16,803 nucleotides of DNA, taken from positions 1-16,803 of the forward strand of contig LKMN01000017.1 in assembly GCA_001563875.1 (NCBI GenBank), in the 5' to 3' direction. Positions 1 to 8,149 of this stretch are shown here, piece after piece (position 1 is the stretch's first letter; each line of letters begins with the position of its first letter). The stretch is from Nanohaloarchaea archaeon B1-Br10_U2g1 (GTDB lineage: Archaea > Nanohalarchaeota > Nanosalinia > Nanosalinales > Nanosalinaceae). Both the position numbers and the translations under genes were made by a program. The notes beneath the pieces are model-generated. The model did not search any database. It saw only the letters and a list, made by a program, of their open reading frames with translations, and was not told where the DNA came from.

Positions 1-2
1 CC

Positions 3-164
3 GAATGGTTCAAAACAGACGAAATACCGCTCGGCAAGATGTGGCCAGATGACAGGTACTGGATACCTCTAATGTTGGACAATAAGCAGTTTGAAGGAGT
101 CTTCTACTTTGATAAGAACGGAAATAAAATTTTAGAGCATGAACTGGAAGAAACAAGTTACTAA
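3..164 (+). CDS. NUDIX hydrolase, MTH1/NUDT1-like oxidised-purine nucleotide sanitiser (3' fragment, runs off window start)
   Basis: Manual translation of frame 3: EWFKTDEIPLGKMWPDDRYWIPLMLDNKQFEGVFYFDKNGNKILEHELEETSY*. The WF..D.IP...MWPDD.YW.PL pattern is the characteristic C-terminal half of MTH1-type NUDIX enzymes. The Nudix box itself lies outside the window. Confidence 0.8.
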   Translation, partial: EWFKTDEIPLGKMWPDDRYWIPLMLDNKQFEGVFYFDKNGNKILEHELEETSY

Positions 165-203
165 TAACGAAAATCGTGGTCAAAGAAGTTCAGCTGCTTG
201 TCT

Positions 204-2138
204 TTAGATATCAGAAGGAAAGCCAGTCACACGTGTCTCGTACTCTCCACCCTCACCAGCCGCATTGAAGCCATACTCTCTAGAAAGCGATATCAGTTCT
301 TCAACTAGTTCATTATCAAGAACTTTGCCTTCCCAACTCTTTCCCAGCCCACGGGCAGCTACAGATGTTATCTCAACTTCAAAACCCTCTCTTATCAGCC
401 ATTTCATGTAGTTTTCTTGGTTTTCCTGCCAAAGAGGGGAAAAAGCTTTCAGACCTGTCTTCTCAGCCATTATTTCGACTCTATCTCTCTGGTATGTGGA
501 AGCTAATGCTCCGGCTACAACACCTTCAATACCGTACTGGCTTTTCGCTTTTCTAAAGGCTTCCTCTAGGTCTTCCAACTCTTTTTCTTTCTCCCCTTTG
601 GTTTTTTGGACTATCAGAGGTATTCCTAGCCTTTCTGATTGTTCCTCTAGATCCGTCATCTCTTTCTTGGAGTCAAACATGTAGCTGTCCTTGTTTTCGG
701 ATCTAAGAGTTACTAAGCATGAGATCTCGTTGTTCCTTCTTTTCATCCTGTATAGTGCTGCGTTCGAGTCTTTTCCTCCCGAAGTTAATGCCGCTAGTTT
801 TTTGTTCGGCCTATCTCTTAAAGAGTTTAGATATTCTTGTTTATGACCGAATCCTTTGTTACGTGAGAGCTTGTCTATGGCTTTATCGAAGTTGCTGCCG
901 TACTGTGCCGCAGTCTTCTTTCTCCAAACAACTTCTTCGGGTACGCCAAGCTTTTCAGCCGCAATCCGTAAGACATACTTCCTGTAGCCCTCTTTAACTT
1001 TGTACTCTTCAGGGATCGTCAATGCATGCTCTATCAGCTGCTCATCTAGGAAAGGAACTCTCAGCTCATAACCGTTTCTGAAGGAAATAACGTTGTCTCT
1101 GTAAAGGTCTCGGTGATACATAGACCTTAACCCTGATAGACATTCTTTGTTGAGATATCCTTGGTGTCGAGAGTAACCTGCGTAGAGCTGTTCTGAACCC
1201 AGACCACTCATAACAACTTTTTCATCTCCGGTTAAGGCAAAATGGAAGGGTAGTGCAACCCCTGTTTTCACAGTGCTTGTGGAGGAAATCCAGTCTACTA
1301 TGTCCGGCAGGGTCGTTTCGACTTCTTCAAGTTCTGCGTTATAAATTTCTAGTTCTAAATCCATCGCTTCAGCTATCTTTTCAGCCCACTCAAGATCTCT
1401 GGGCTTGTTAACGTTTCCGTGCTGTATTCCCGAGGTATAACAGGTGAAATCTTTACCAAGCTCTTTCAGTGCCGCGGCTATAAGGGTCGAGTCTACACCC
1501 CCTGAGAAGAGTAGCGCAAGATTTTTTTCCGGGACTCGTTTCTCTACAGCATCTAAGAATTTTTCTTTTATCTCTTCAGCTATCGTCTCTAGGTCGTTTT
1601 CTTTTTCTTGGATATCAAAGAAATCACGGTTCTCGGTCGTTATTTCCCCTGTTTTCAGATTGTATCTTAATAACTGTCTTGGATGTAGTTCTTTTGCTTC
1701 TAAACCTTGTGATTCAAGAGCTTTCTTTTCGGATGCGAAACTGAAGGGCTCTTCACAGTACCACAGAGGGTTTACACCAAGTAAGTCTCTAGCCAGCACC
1801 ACCTCATCTTCCTTAAGGTATCCAAAACTGTATATGCCGTCTAGTTCATCTAAACATTCTGTACCTCCCGACTCTATTAGTTTGTACAGGAGCTCTGCAT
1901 CGTTTTTGACCTCAATTCCGTGTTTTTCTGCAAGTTCTCTCCAGTTGTAGATTTCACAGTTAGCTGTAAGCAAACCGCTTTTGTTGAAAGGCTGCGCAAC
2001 CTCTCCAACAACGGAGTGAAGCACGTGACCTATACAGAAGTTCTCTCCAAGTACCTTGGCACTGCTACCTCTATGACTCTGCTCTTCTAAGATTCTCTCA
2101 GCAGTATCTAGATCTTCGGCTCCTACTATTCCACACAC
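204..2138 (-). CDS. asnB: Fusion protein: asparagine synthetase B-like glutamine amidotransferase (Ntn domain + PP-loop synthetase) plus C-terminal diphthine-ammonia ligase (Dph6/ATP_bind_4) domain
   Basis: GTG start, N-terminal MCGIVG (Ntn Cys), HRG, QP and NCEIYN. Synthetase motifs LFSGGVDS, SGLGSEQLYAGY and RVPFLD. From about aa 446 (nt ~204-805) a second PP-loop LTSGGKDS with SYMF, GALASTYQRDRVE, PLW and AGEGGEYET, typical of Dph6. Confidence 0.88.
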   Translation of the reverse strand: MCGIVGAEDLDTAERILEEQSHRGSSAKVLGENFCIGHVLHSVVGEVAQPFNKSGLLTANCEIYNWRELAEKHGIEVKNDAELLYKLIESGGTECLDELDGIYSFGYLKEDEVVLARDLLGVNPLWYCEEPFSFASEKKALESQGLEAKELHPRQLLRYNLKTGEITTENRDFFDIQEKENDLETIAEEIKEKFLDAVEKRVPEKNLALLFSGGVDSTLIAAALKELGKDFTCYTSGIQHGNVNKPRDLEWAEKIAEAMDLELEIYNAELEEVETTLPDIVDWISSTSTVKTGVALPFHFALTGDEKVVMSGLGSEQLYAGYSRHQGYLNKECLSGLRSMYHRDLYRDNVISFRNGYELRVPFLDEQLIEHALTIPEEYKVKEGYRKYVLRIAAEKLGVPEEVVWRKKTAAQYGSNFDKAIDKLSRNKGFGHKQEYLNSLRDRPNKKLAALTSGGKDSNAALYRMKRRNNEISCLVTLRSENKDSYMFDSKKEMTDLEEQSERLGIPLIVQKTKGEKEKELEDLEEAFRKAKSQYGIEGVVAGALASTYQRDRVEIMAEKTGLKAFSPLWQENQENYMKWLIREGFEVEITSVAARGLGKSWEGKVLDNELVEELISLSREYGFNAAGEGGEYETRVTGFPSDI

Positions 2139-2252
2139 AATAATAGTTTACGGCAGACTAAGTTTTTTGTATACCTTTTTAGGCGTGCCTAATCCACAAA
2201 AGTTATACCTGTGCTCAAACAGATGTGAAAGTGTGAGAGGTGAACAAATTTA

Positions 2253-2450
2253 ATGTATGATACACTAAAAGAAGAGCTTCCAAAGAAGGGAGAAATCATG
2301 ATCCGTTTCGACTCAGGCGAAGAGGCCGAACTACATCTTCATAACGTAGAGTTCCTAGAAAAGCCGATTATAAAGGTCGAAGCAGACGATAGGACACACT
2401 GGTTTAACGCCAAAAAAATAGAGAGATACTGGATACACGAAGACTTCTAG
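2253..2450 (+). CDS. Small hypothetical protein (65 aa, acidic, probably beta-rich)
   Basis: ATG preceded by a strong SD GAGGTGA (2237-2243) and a TATA-like AAAAGTTATA (~2198-2207). Followed by a pyrimidine-rich tract. Composition matches the acidic proteome. Confidence 0.8.
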   Translation: MYDTLKEELPKKGEIMIRFDSGEEAELHLHNVEFLEKPIIKVEADDRTHWFNAKKIERYWIHEDF

Positions 2451-2480
2451 TTTCTCTATCTTTCTTTCCTCTTTATTTCT
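2451..2480 (+). terminator. Putative archaeal T/pyrimidine-rich terminator
   Basis: TTTCTCTATCTTTCTTTCCTCTTTATTTCT lies immediately after the stop of 2253..2450. Confidence 0.45.
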
Positions 2481-2528
2481 AAGGGCCCTAAGAGACAACT
2501 ATTTCAGTGTTAACATTCCAAGTTATAC

Positions 2529-2912
2529 GTGGCCGTAAAAAGAGACTACAGAGCATTAGGCACGAAACCTGCAAAGATATTCCGTTACAACAACGGAGAG
2601 TCAGAGTTCAGTTACCGGGCAGAGTGGAGACCTAACTCCTCAAAAACATTGAAAGAAGTGGTAGACACTGTTTTATCGGGCAGAGGGTTTTCCAACGTTG
2701 AAGAGCACGTCTACAACCGCGAAGGCAGATTAAAGGAAGATTTTGAAGACCAACACTCTGAAGAGTATGCCGGAGAACTGAAGATAGAGTCGTCCGAGTT
2801 CACGTTGATATACCGTTTTAATCCGGATATAGGCTACAAAAACAAGGTAGAGCTGAGATCTTACGTTGATGACTTAGAACTACTAGATCCGTTCATAAGA
2901 AAACTCTATTAG
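2529..2912 (+). CDS. Hypothetical protein (127 aa)
   Basis: Open frame fills the gap, has acidic composition, and its stop overlaps the convergent nucS stop (2909-2912). No recognisable motif. GTG start is uncertain. Confidence 0.65.
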   Translation: MAVKRDYRALGTKPAKIFRYNNGESEFSYRAEWRPNSSKTLKEVVDTVLSGRGFSNVEEHVYNREGRLKEDFEDQHSEEYAGELKIESSEFTLIYRFNPDIGYKNKVELRSYVDDLELLDPFIRKLY

Positions 2913-3688
2913 TTAGTTTCATATTCTGTAGAGAAGTCGCTTAAGCCTTTCTGACTATTATCAATAGCATCGTAGGAGGTTATAACATCCTCCATATCCA
3001 CTTCAACAAATTCTAAATCTCTTTCTTTCAAATAAGAAAGTATTTTATCAGTCATTTTCGGAGCAACCAGAATACCTCTTATGTTGCCTTTAAACTCTTC
3101 ATCAATCTCTTCAACATATCTTTGAAGCTGGAGAACCGTATTGTAGTCTGGATTCCGCTTTACCTCTATAACAACATAATTATCATCTTCATCCCTTGCG
3201 AAGACATCTATAAATCCTGCTGGAGTCTCTCTTTCACGCTCTATAAACCTCAGATTCTCTTCAACAATCTCTGGCCTATCCTCTATCGACTCATGAATAT
3301 CAACCTCGTGACCGCTGATCTTAAGTTCCGACTTATCAACAAGCTGCGAGACCGTCATTAAGTCAATTCTCTCAAAAAGTATCTCTACCTTCTCCTCAGG
3401 ACTGTTTCTTTCAGCAGTCAGAAGCAGTTTTTCGCCGTTTTCAACCTTCCAGGAGTCGACTTCCGGCTGCCAGTTTTTTGGCTGGTAGTTCTCGGGGCCG
3501 TGTACTAAAAGGGCAGAATCCTGCTTCTTGATAACTAATCTCTCTCCTCTGTCAAGTTTGGACTTCGCTCTTCCCTGATAGTTTACAGAGCAGAGGCCGT
3601 TAATCTGGACCGTGTACTCTCTTCTGAGATACTCTCTTAACGTCTCTTCTGCCTCTTCGAAGTCCGGTCTCTCAAGAACTTTTTCCAT
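2909..3688 (-). CDS. nucS: Endonuclease NucS (EndoMS, mismatch-specific endonuclease)
   Basis: N-terminal CSVNYQGRAKSKL...K.D..LLVH....P.NWQP. RecB-like nuclease motifs IDVFARD...VVIEVKR and QLQRY. GILVAP motif. C-terminal PIP-box-like QKGLSDFS. Confidence 0.95.
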   Translation of the reverse strand: MEKVLERPDFEEAEETLREYLRREYTVQINGLCSVNYQGRAKSKLDRGERLVIKKQDSALLVHGPENYQPKNWQPEVDSWKVENGEKLLLTAERNSPEEKVEILFERIDLMTVSQLVDKSELKISGHEVDIHESIEDRPEIVEENLRFIERERETPAGFIDVFARDEDDNYVVIEVKRNPDYNTVLQLQRYVEEIDEEFKGNIRGILVAPKMTDKILSYLKERDLEFVEVDMEDVITSYDAIDNSQKGLSDFSTEYETN

Positions 3689-3765
3689 TATAGGGCTTGG
3701 TTAAGACCGAACACTTTTACAGATTACTTTAAACTTTTTAACTGAACGATTTTAAGAGAGAATAT
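3689..3765. promoter_or_regulatory. Divergent promoter region nucS/radC
   Basis: 77-bp AT-rich spacer between head-to-head genes. TTTAAACTTTTTAA (~3728-3741) sits about 25-38 nt upstream of the radC ATG, consistent with a leaderless transcript. Confidence 0.5.
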
Positions 3766-4455
3766 ATGAGTTACAGTCTTAAAAACCTATCTAAAAGCGA
3801 AAGACCAAGAGAAAAACTGGAAGAAAAAGGTGTTTCAGAACTTTCAGATGTGGAGCTGCTTTCTATAATACTAAGAACAGGGATTTCTGGAAAAAATGTT
3901 AAAGAGATATCTTCCGAGATACTTGAAAAATACAGTTTGAGCTCAATATCTGAGAGGCCTATGGAAGACCTGAAAGAGTTTGAAGGAGTTTCCAAGGTTA
4001 AGGCCGGACAGCTGAAGGCCCTAAGCGAGCTCGGTAGACGGATGAAAGTTGAAAAAAAGGAGAAGATATCCCGGCTTTCAGATGTAGAAAAAATGGTTCA
4101 GGACATGAAGTTCATGAGATCCGAGAAAATCCGTCTTTTCCATCTTTCCTCAGGCAACAGGCTTCTGAAACTAGAAGAGTATGAAGGTGATATAGGATCC
4201 GCTAACCTGAGCACCAGGAAAGTATTTCGAACCGCTCTAACCGAGAAGGCTGCAGCCATAATAATTGTACATAATCATCCTTCAGGAAGCCCAGAACCCT
4301 CAAAAAATGATATTGAAGTCACAGAGGACCTAGTTGAGATAGGGGAAAACCTAGGAGTGCAGGTGTTAGACCACGTAATTGTTGGAGATAAAATCAAAAG
4401 CATGAGACGGAGCCAGACAGTTAGATTCCAGAACACTAACCTAAGGCATAAATAG
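3766..4455 (+). CDS. radC: RadC/UPF0758 family protein (N-terminal HhH region + JAB/MPN domain)
   Basis: PREKL...LSDVELLSIILRTG N-terminus, HhH-like GVSKVKA, JAB motif HNHPSG...PS..D and LDHVIVG. Confidence 0.93.
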   Translation: MSYSLKNLSKSERPREKLEEKGVSELSDVELLSIILRTGISGKNVKEISSEILEKYSLSSISERPMEDLKEFEGVSKVKAGQLKALSELGRRMKVEKKEKISRLSDVEKMVQDMKFMRSEKIRLFHLSSGNRLLKLEEYEGDIGSANLSTRKVFRTALTEKAAAIIIVHNHPSGSPEPSKNDIEVTEDLVEIGENLGVQVLDHVIVGDKIKSMRRSQTVRFQNTNLRHK

Positions 4456-4490
4456 AGCTCTATTTAATATCTTTCGGTCAAACCACGCCA

Positions 4491-4502
4491 CCTATTTAAA
4501 AT
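4491..4502 (+). promoter_or_regulatory. Putative TATA box of the RNA polymerase operon
   Basis: CCTATTTAAAAT about 60-70 nt upstream of the rpoH ATG, in the radC-rpoH spacer. Confidence 0.45.
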
Positions 4503-4560
4503 TTACTCGAACGTCTCTAATTGTAGCTTTCTAAACTCGTACGAGAAGTGAGAAAAGACC

Positions 4561-4797
4561 ATGGCCATCGACATCACAGACCACGAAGCTGTTCCAGAAC
4601 ATAGAAAACTTAACGAAGAAGAGATCGAAGAGGTGCTCGAGAGATATGATACCTCTAAAGAAGATCTTCCAAAAATAGAGAGAACTGACGCAGCCCTTAA
4701 ACAGATGGACGTTGAAGTAGGAGACGTTATTGAAATTGTACGAGAATCTCCAACAGCCGGAGAAACAACCTACTACCGCTACGTAATCGAAAGGTGA
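4561..4797 (+). CDS. rpoH: DNA-directed RNA polymerase subunit H (Rpo5)
   Basis: H..VPEH..L, LPKI...D, GDVIEIVRESPTAG...YYR.V motifs. First gene of the archaeal rpo operon. Confidence 0.97.
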   Translation: MAIDITDHEAVPEHRKLNEEEIEEVLERYDTSKEDLPKIERTDAALKQMDVEVGDVIEIVRESPTAGETTYYRYVIER

Positions 4798-4802
4798 TTC
4801 CC

Positions 4803-6260
4803 ATGCAGAGAGAGTTCCTAGACCAACTGATTAATCGCAACCTTGTCAAACACCAGATTGACTCCTACAACCGTTTTGTAGACGAAAGAGTTCAAGCAAT
4901 ACTAAACGAAGTCGGAGAAATTAAACCAGAACTACCTGACGGAGAAGAGCTTGTAATAAAAATAGTTGACGTAAATATTGAAAGACCTCATATAAACGAG
5001 GCAGACGGGTCTGTAAGAAAGATTACGCCTAAGGAAGCACGGATGAGAGATTTAACCTATTCTTCAGAAATTAAAGTAACCATGACCCCAATCTTCGAAG
5101 GAATCCAGCAAGAAAGTGAAGAAGTGACTATCGGAGAGATACCGGTCATGATAGGAAGCGAGCTATGCTGGACACATGGAAAAGACAGAGACGAACTAAG
5201 AGAGATGGGAGAAGACCCTGACGACCCTAAAGGATACTTCCTAATCAACGGATCAGAAAAAACCATCGTTGCAATGGAAGAAATGGCAAACAACAAACCT
5301 ATCTACCAGAACGACGACGAAGAACAAATCTGTAGAATCAACTCAGAACAGAGCGGCTACGTACAAAGACATATCCTTAGAAGAGACGAAGACATAATCA
5401 AGATCTCATTTGCAAACGTCAAGAAGACGCCAGCAGTAGCTCTAGTAAGAGCACTGGGCTACGAAACAGACAAAGAAATCGTCGAAGCGATTGGCGAGGA
5501 ATATGCATCCGACGTATACCTAAACATCTACGAGACCGGCGCAACAAACAAAGAAGAAGCATACGAATACATCGCCGGAAAAGCAGGAATCACAAACGAC
5601 ATACCTGAAAGAGTAGACAGCATTCTAGACGACTACCTACTACCACACCTAGGACAGGAACCAGAGTTCAGAGAAGCAAAAGCAGAGTTCCTCTCAAACA
5701 TGATTAGAAACACAATCGCGCTAGGAAAAGGAGATATATCCGAAGACGACATGGACCACTACGCAAACAAAAGGCTTAACTTAGCAGGAGAGCTTTTAGA
5801 GATGCAGTTCAGAAGCGTATTCCTAGGAAAATGGGGTCTACTTGCAAGAATGAAATACAACTTCAGGAAATCCGCGAAAAGAGGTAGACTTCCAAGCCTA
5901 CAAAGCACAATTGTATCAGACACACTGACAAAACAGATTATGGGAGCGATGGCAACAGGAAACTGGGTAGGAGGAAGAACCGGAATCTGTCAAAGACTGA
6001 ACAGAGGAAATCGTATCAAAACACTATCACACCTCCGAAACGTTGTATCACCACTAAGCGCCGACAGACAGCACTTTGAAGCAAGAGACCTACACCCAAC
6101 ACAATGGGGAAGAATTGATCCGATCAAAACACCGGAAGGAATGAACATCGGGCTAAGAACACACCTCGCTATGAGTGCAACAGTTTCAACCGGAATGAGC
6201 GACATGGAGAAGAATTCTCTGAAAGCCAAACTTGAAGAAGTAGGAGTTGACGCAAGGTGA
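4803..6260 (+). CDS. rpoB2: DNA-directed RNA polymerase subunit B'' (Rpo2N)
   Basis: HQIDSYN.F, P.EAR.RDLTYS, IGEIPVMIGS, GYFLINGSEK, DHYANKRL.LAG, ATGNW, LSHLR and ARDLHPTQWG motifs. ATG 4803 is preferred over GTG 4794 because GGTGA (4793-4797, including the rpoH stop) is at SD distance from it. Confidence 0.96.
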   Translation: MQREFLDQLINRNLVKHQIDSYNRFVDERVQAILNEVGEIKPELPDGEELVIKIVDVNIERPHINEADGSVRKITPKEARMRDLTYSSEIKVTMTPIFEGIQQESEEVTIGEIPVMIGSELCWTHGKDRDELREMGEDPDDPKGYFLINGSEKTIVAMEEMANNKPIYQNDDEEQICRINSEQSGYVQRHILRRDEDIIKISFANVKKTPAVALVRALGYETDKEIVEAIGEEYASDVYLNIYETGATNKEEAYEYIAGKAGITNDIPERVDSILDDYLLPHLGQEPEFREAKAEFLSNMIRNTIALGKGDISEDDMDHYANKRLNLAGELLEMQFRSVFLGKWGLLARMKYNFRKSAKRGRLPSLQSTIVSDTLTKQIMGAMATGNWVGGRTGICQRLNRGNRIKTLSHLRNVVSPLSADRQHFEARDLHPTQWGRIDPIKTPEGMNIGLRTHLAMSATVSTGMSDMEKNSLKAKLEEVGVDAR

Positions 6261-6268
6261 AACACAAA

Positions 6269-6337
6269 ATGAATACTATGAATCTAAAACTAAACGCAAA
6301 ATATAAACCAACAACAGATTTAGAGGGAGATAAGTAA
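6269..6337 (+). other. Candidate 22-codon mini-ORF between rpoB'' and rpoB' (MNTMNLKLNAKYKPTTDLEGDK)
   Basis: GGTGA (6256-6260) lies 8 nt upstream of ATG 6269. The TAA stop (6335-6337) overlaps the rpoB' ATG as TAATG. Confidence 0.3.
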
Positions 6338-8136
6338 TGACCAAAGTATTTGTAGACGGAGAAATTGTAGACGAAATAGAGGAACCAGGAGACATAAAGG
6401 AATCTCTTATAGAGAAAAGACGATCCGGAGAACTAGATAAAGAGGTATCTGTATACTACGCAGATGACAAGGACGAGATAAGAATCAACACTGACTCTGG
6501 GAGAGTTCAAAGACCTGTAATAATCATTGAAGACGGAGAACCACAGCTAACAGAAGAACAGATGGTAGAGCTTCGGGAAGGAGATATAACACTCCAAGAT
6601 CTTGAGGAAGAAGGAGTTATAGAATACATAGATGCAGAAGAGGAAGAAAACGCTTACGTGGCAATGGACGAAGACGAGGTAACAGAAGAACATACACATA
6701 TGGAAGTCGATCCAGCGATCACCCACGGATTATCTGCATCACTAGTAGTATTCCCTGAGCACAACCGTGGAGACAGAGTGAACTTCGGAGCAAAGATGTC
6801 AGGACAAGGAATCGGACTACACACCCGAGAGTTCCACCAAAGATTCGATACGAACGCCAACGTACTAACGTACCCACAGAAACCGATTACTGAGACACAG
6901 ACATACGATACGCTAATCGGAGACCATCCAATTGGACAGAACATGGTCGTAGCACTGGCATCCTTCGACGGGTACAACATGGAGGACTCAGTGATTATGA
7001 ACAAGGCCTCAATCGACAGAGGTCTATCCAGATCAGCCTATATAAGAACTTACAAGACCGAGGCTCAGAGATTCTGGGGCGGACAGAAAGATGAGATAGG
7101 AATCCCAGACAAAGACGTAAGAGGATACAGAAGCGAAGAAGACTACGCAAAACTCGATGAAGACGGAATTATCAATCCGGAAACTGAAGTCAAGTCAGAC
7201 GACGTACTTATAGGGAAGACTTCGCCACCAAAATTCCTTGGATCAGGAGGCGGAGAAGAAGTAAAGATGGGATTAGCTGATAGAAGAGAGACATCCCTAA
7301 CAGTAAGACACGGAGAAGATGGTAAAGTCGACCACGTCATGGTCTCAGAGACAGGAGAAGGAGACAAACTCCTCAAACTAAAATTAAGAAACTACAGAAT
7401 ACCTGAACTCGGCGACAAGTTCGCAACAAGACACGGACAGAAAGGAGTTATCGGTATGATCGCGGAAGAAGAGAACATGCCTTTCACAAAACAGGGAATA
7501 ACACCTGACATGATTCTTTCAACACACGCGGTACCAAGCCGTATGACCGTGTCACAGCTAATAGAGATAATTGGAGGAAAAGTAGGAGCGCTCCGCGGAG
7601 AAAAGGTCGACGGTACAGCATTCCATAGCGAAGACAAAGACGATCTCCGAGAACAGCTGGAAGAACTAGGATTTGAAAGCAACGGTAAAGAAGTAATGTA
7701 CGACGGAGTAACCGGAGAGAAGATGGAAGCAGAAATCCTGATCGGACCCGGATACTACCTAAAACTAGACCACCAGGTCGGAGACAAGATCCACGCAAGA
7801 GCAAGAGGACCGGTAACACTTCTAACAAAACAGCCAACCGAGGGACGTTCACAAGAAGGCGGACTAAGACTCGGAGAGATGGAAAAAGACGTCTTCGTAG
7901 GACACGGATCCTCACTACTGCTTAAAGAAAGATTCGGAGCAGACGCAACAGAGATCAAGATCTGTGATGACTGTGGAGAAATCGGACTGCTTGATCGAGC
8001 AGAAAACCGCGAATACTGTCCAAACTGTAACTCAGAAGACTTAGGAGAGACTGAAGTACCACACGCATTCCTGCTCCTAATGAACGAGTTAAAATCACTT
8101 ATGATAGATACAGAACTTCACTTGGAGGAAGAGTGA
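6337..8136 (+). CDS. rpoB1: DNA-directed RNA polymerase subunit B' (Rpo2C)
   Basis: GYNMEDS, LDEDG, GDKFATRHGQKG, PSRMT, DKIHAR, GGLRLGEME motifs and a C-terminal Zn ribbon CDDCG...CPNC. Confidence 0.97.
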   Translation: MTKVFVDGEIVDEIEEPGDIKESLIEKRRSGELDKEVSVYYADDKDEIRINTDSGRVQRPVIIIEDGEPQLTEEQMVELREGDITLQDLEEEGVIEYIDAEEEENAYVAMDEDEVTEEHTHMEVDPAITHGLSASLVVFPEHNRGDRVNFGAKMSGQGIGLHTREFHQRFDTNANVLTYPQKPITETQTYDTLIGDHPIGQNMVVALASFDGYNMEDSVIMNKASIDRGLSRSAYIRTYKTEAQRFWGGQKDEIGIPDKDVRGYRSEEDYAKLDEDGIINPETEVKSDDVLIGKTSPPKFLGSGGGEEVKMGLADRRETSLTVRHGEDGKVDHVMVSETGEGDKLLKLKLRNYRIPELGDKFATRHGQKGVIGMIAEEENMPFTKQGITPDMILSTHAVPSRMTVSQLIEIIGGKVGALRGEKVDGTAFHSEDKDDLREQLEELGFESNGKEVMYDGVTGEKMEAEILIGPGYYLKLDHQVGDKIHARARGPVTLLTKQPTEGRSQEGGLRLGEMEKDVFVGHGSSLLLKERFGADATEIKICDDCGEIGLLDRAENREYCPNCNSEDLGETEVPHAFLLLMNELKSLMIDTELHLEEE

Positions 8137-8149
8137 GAGGGTGTCAAAA

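Noticed and set aside
365-3995. Short ORFs overlapping asnB-dph6, nucS and radC on the opposite strand (365, 496, 719, 1444, 3122, 3771)
   Set aside because: Ser/Leu/Phe-rich antisense shadows of genes with clear motifs. They have no motifs or start signals of their own.
6261-6336. rpoB split as a sequencing frameshift or an intron
   Set aside because: The split falls at the usual B''/B' boundary of archaea with split rpoB, and B' has its own ATG and SD-like sequence.
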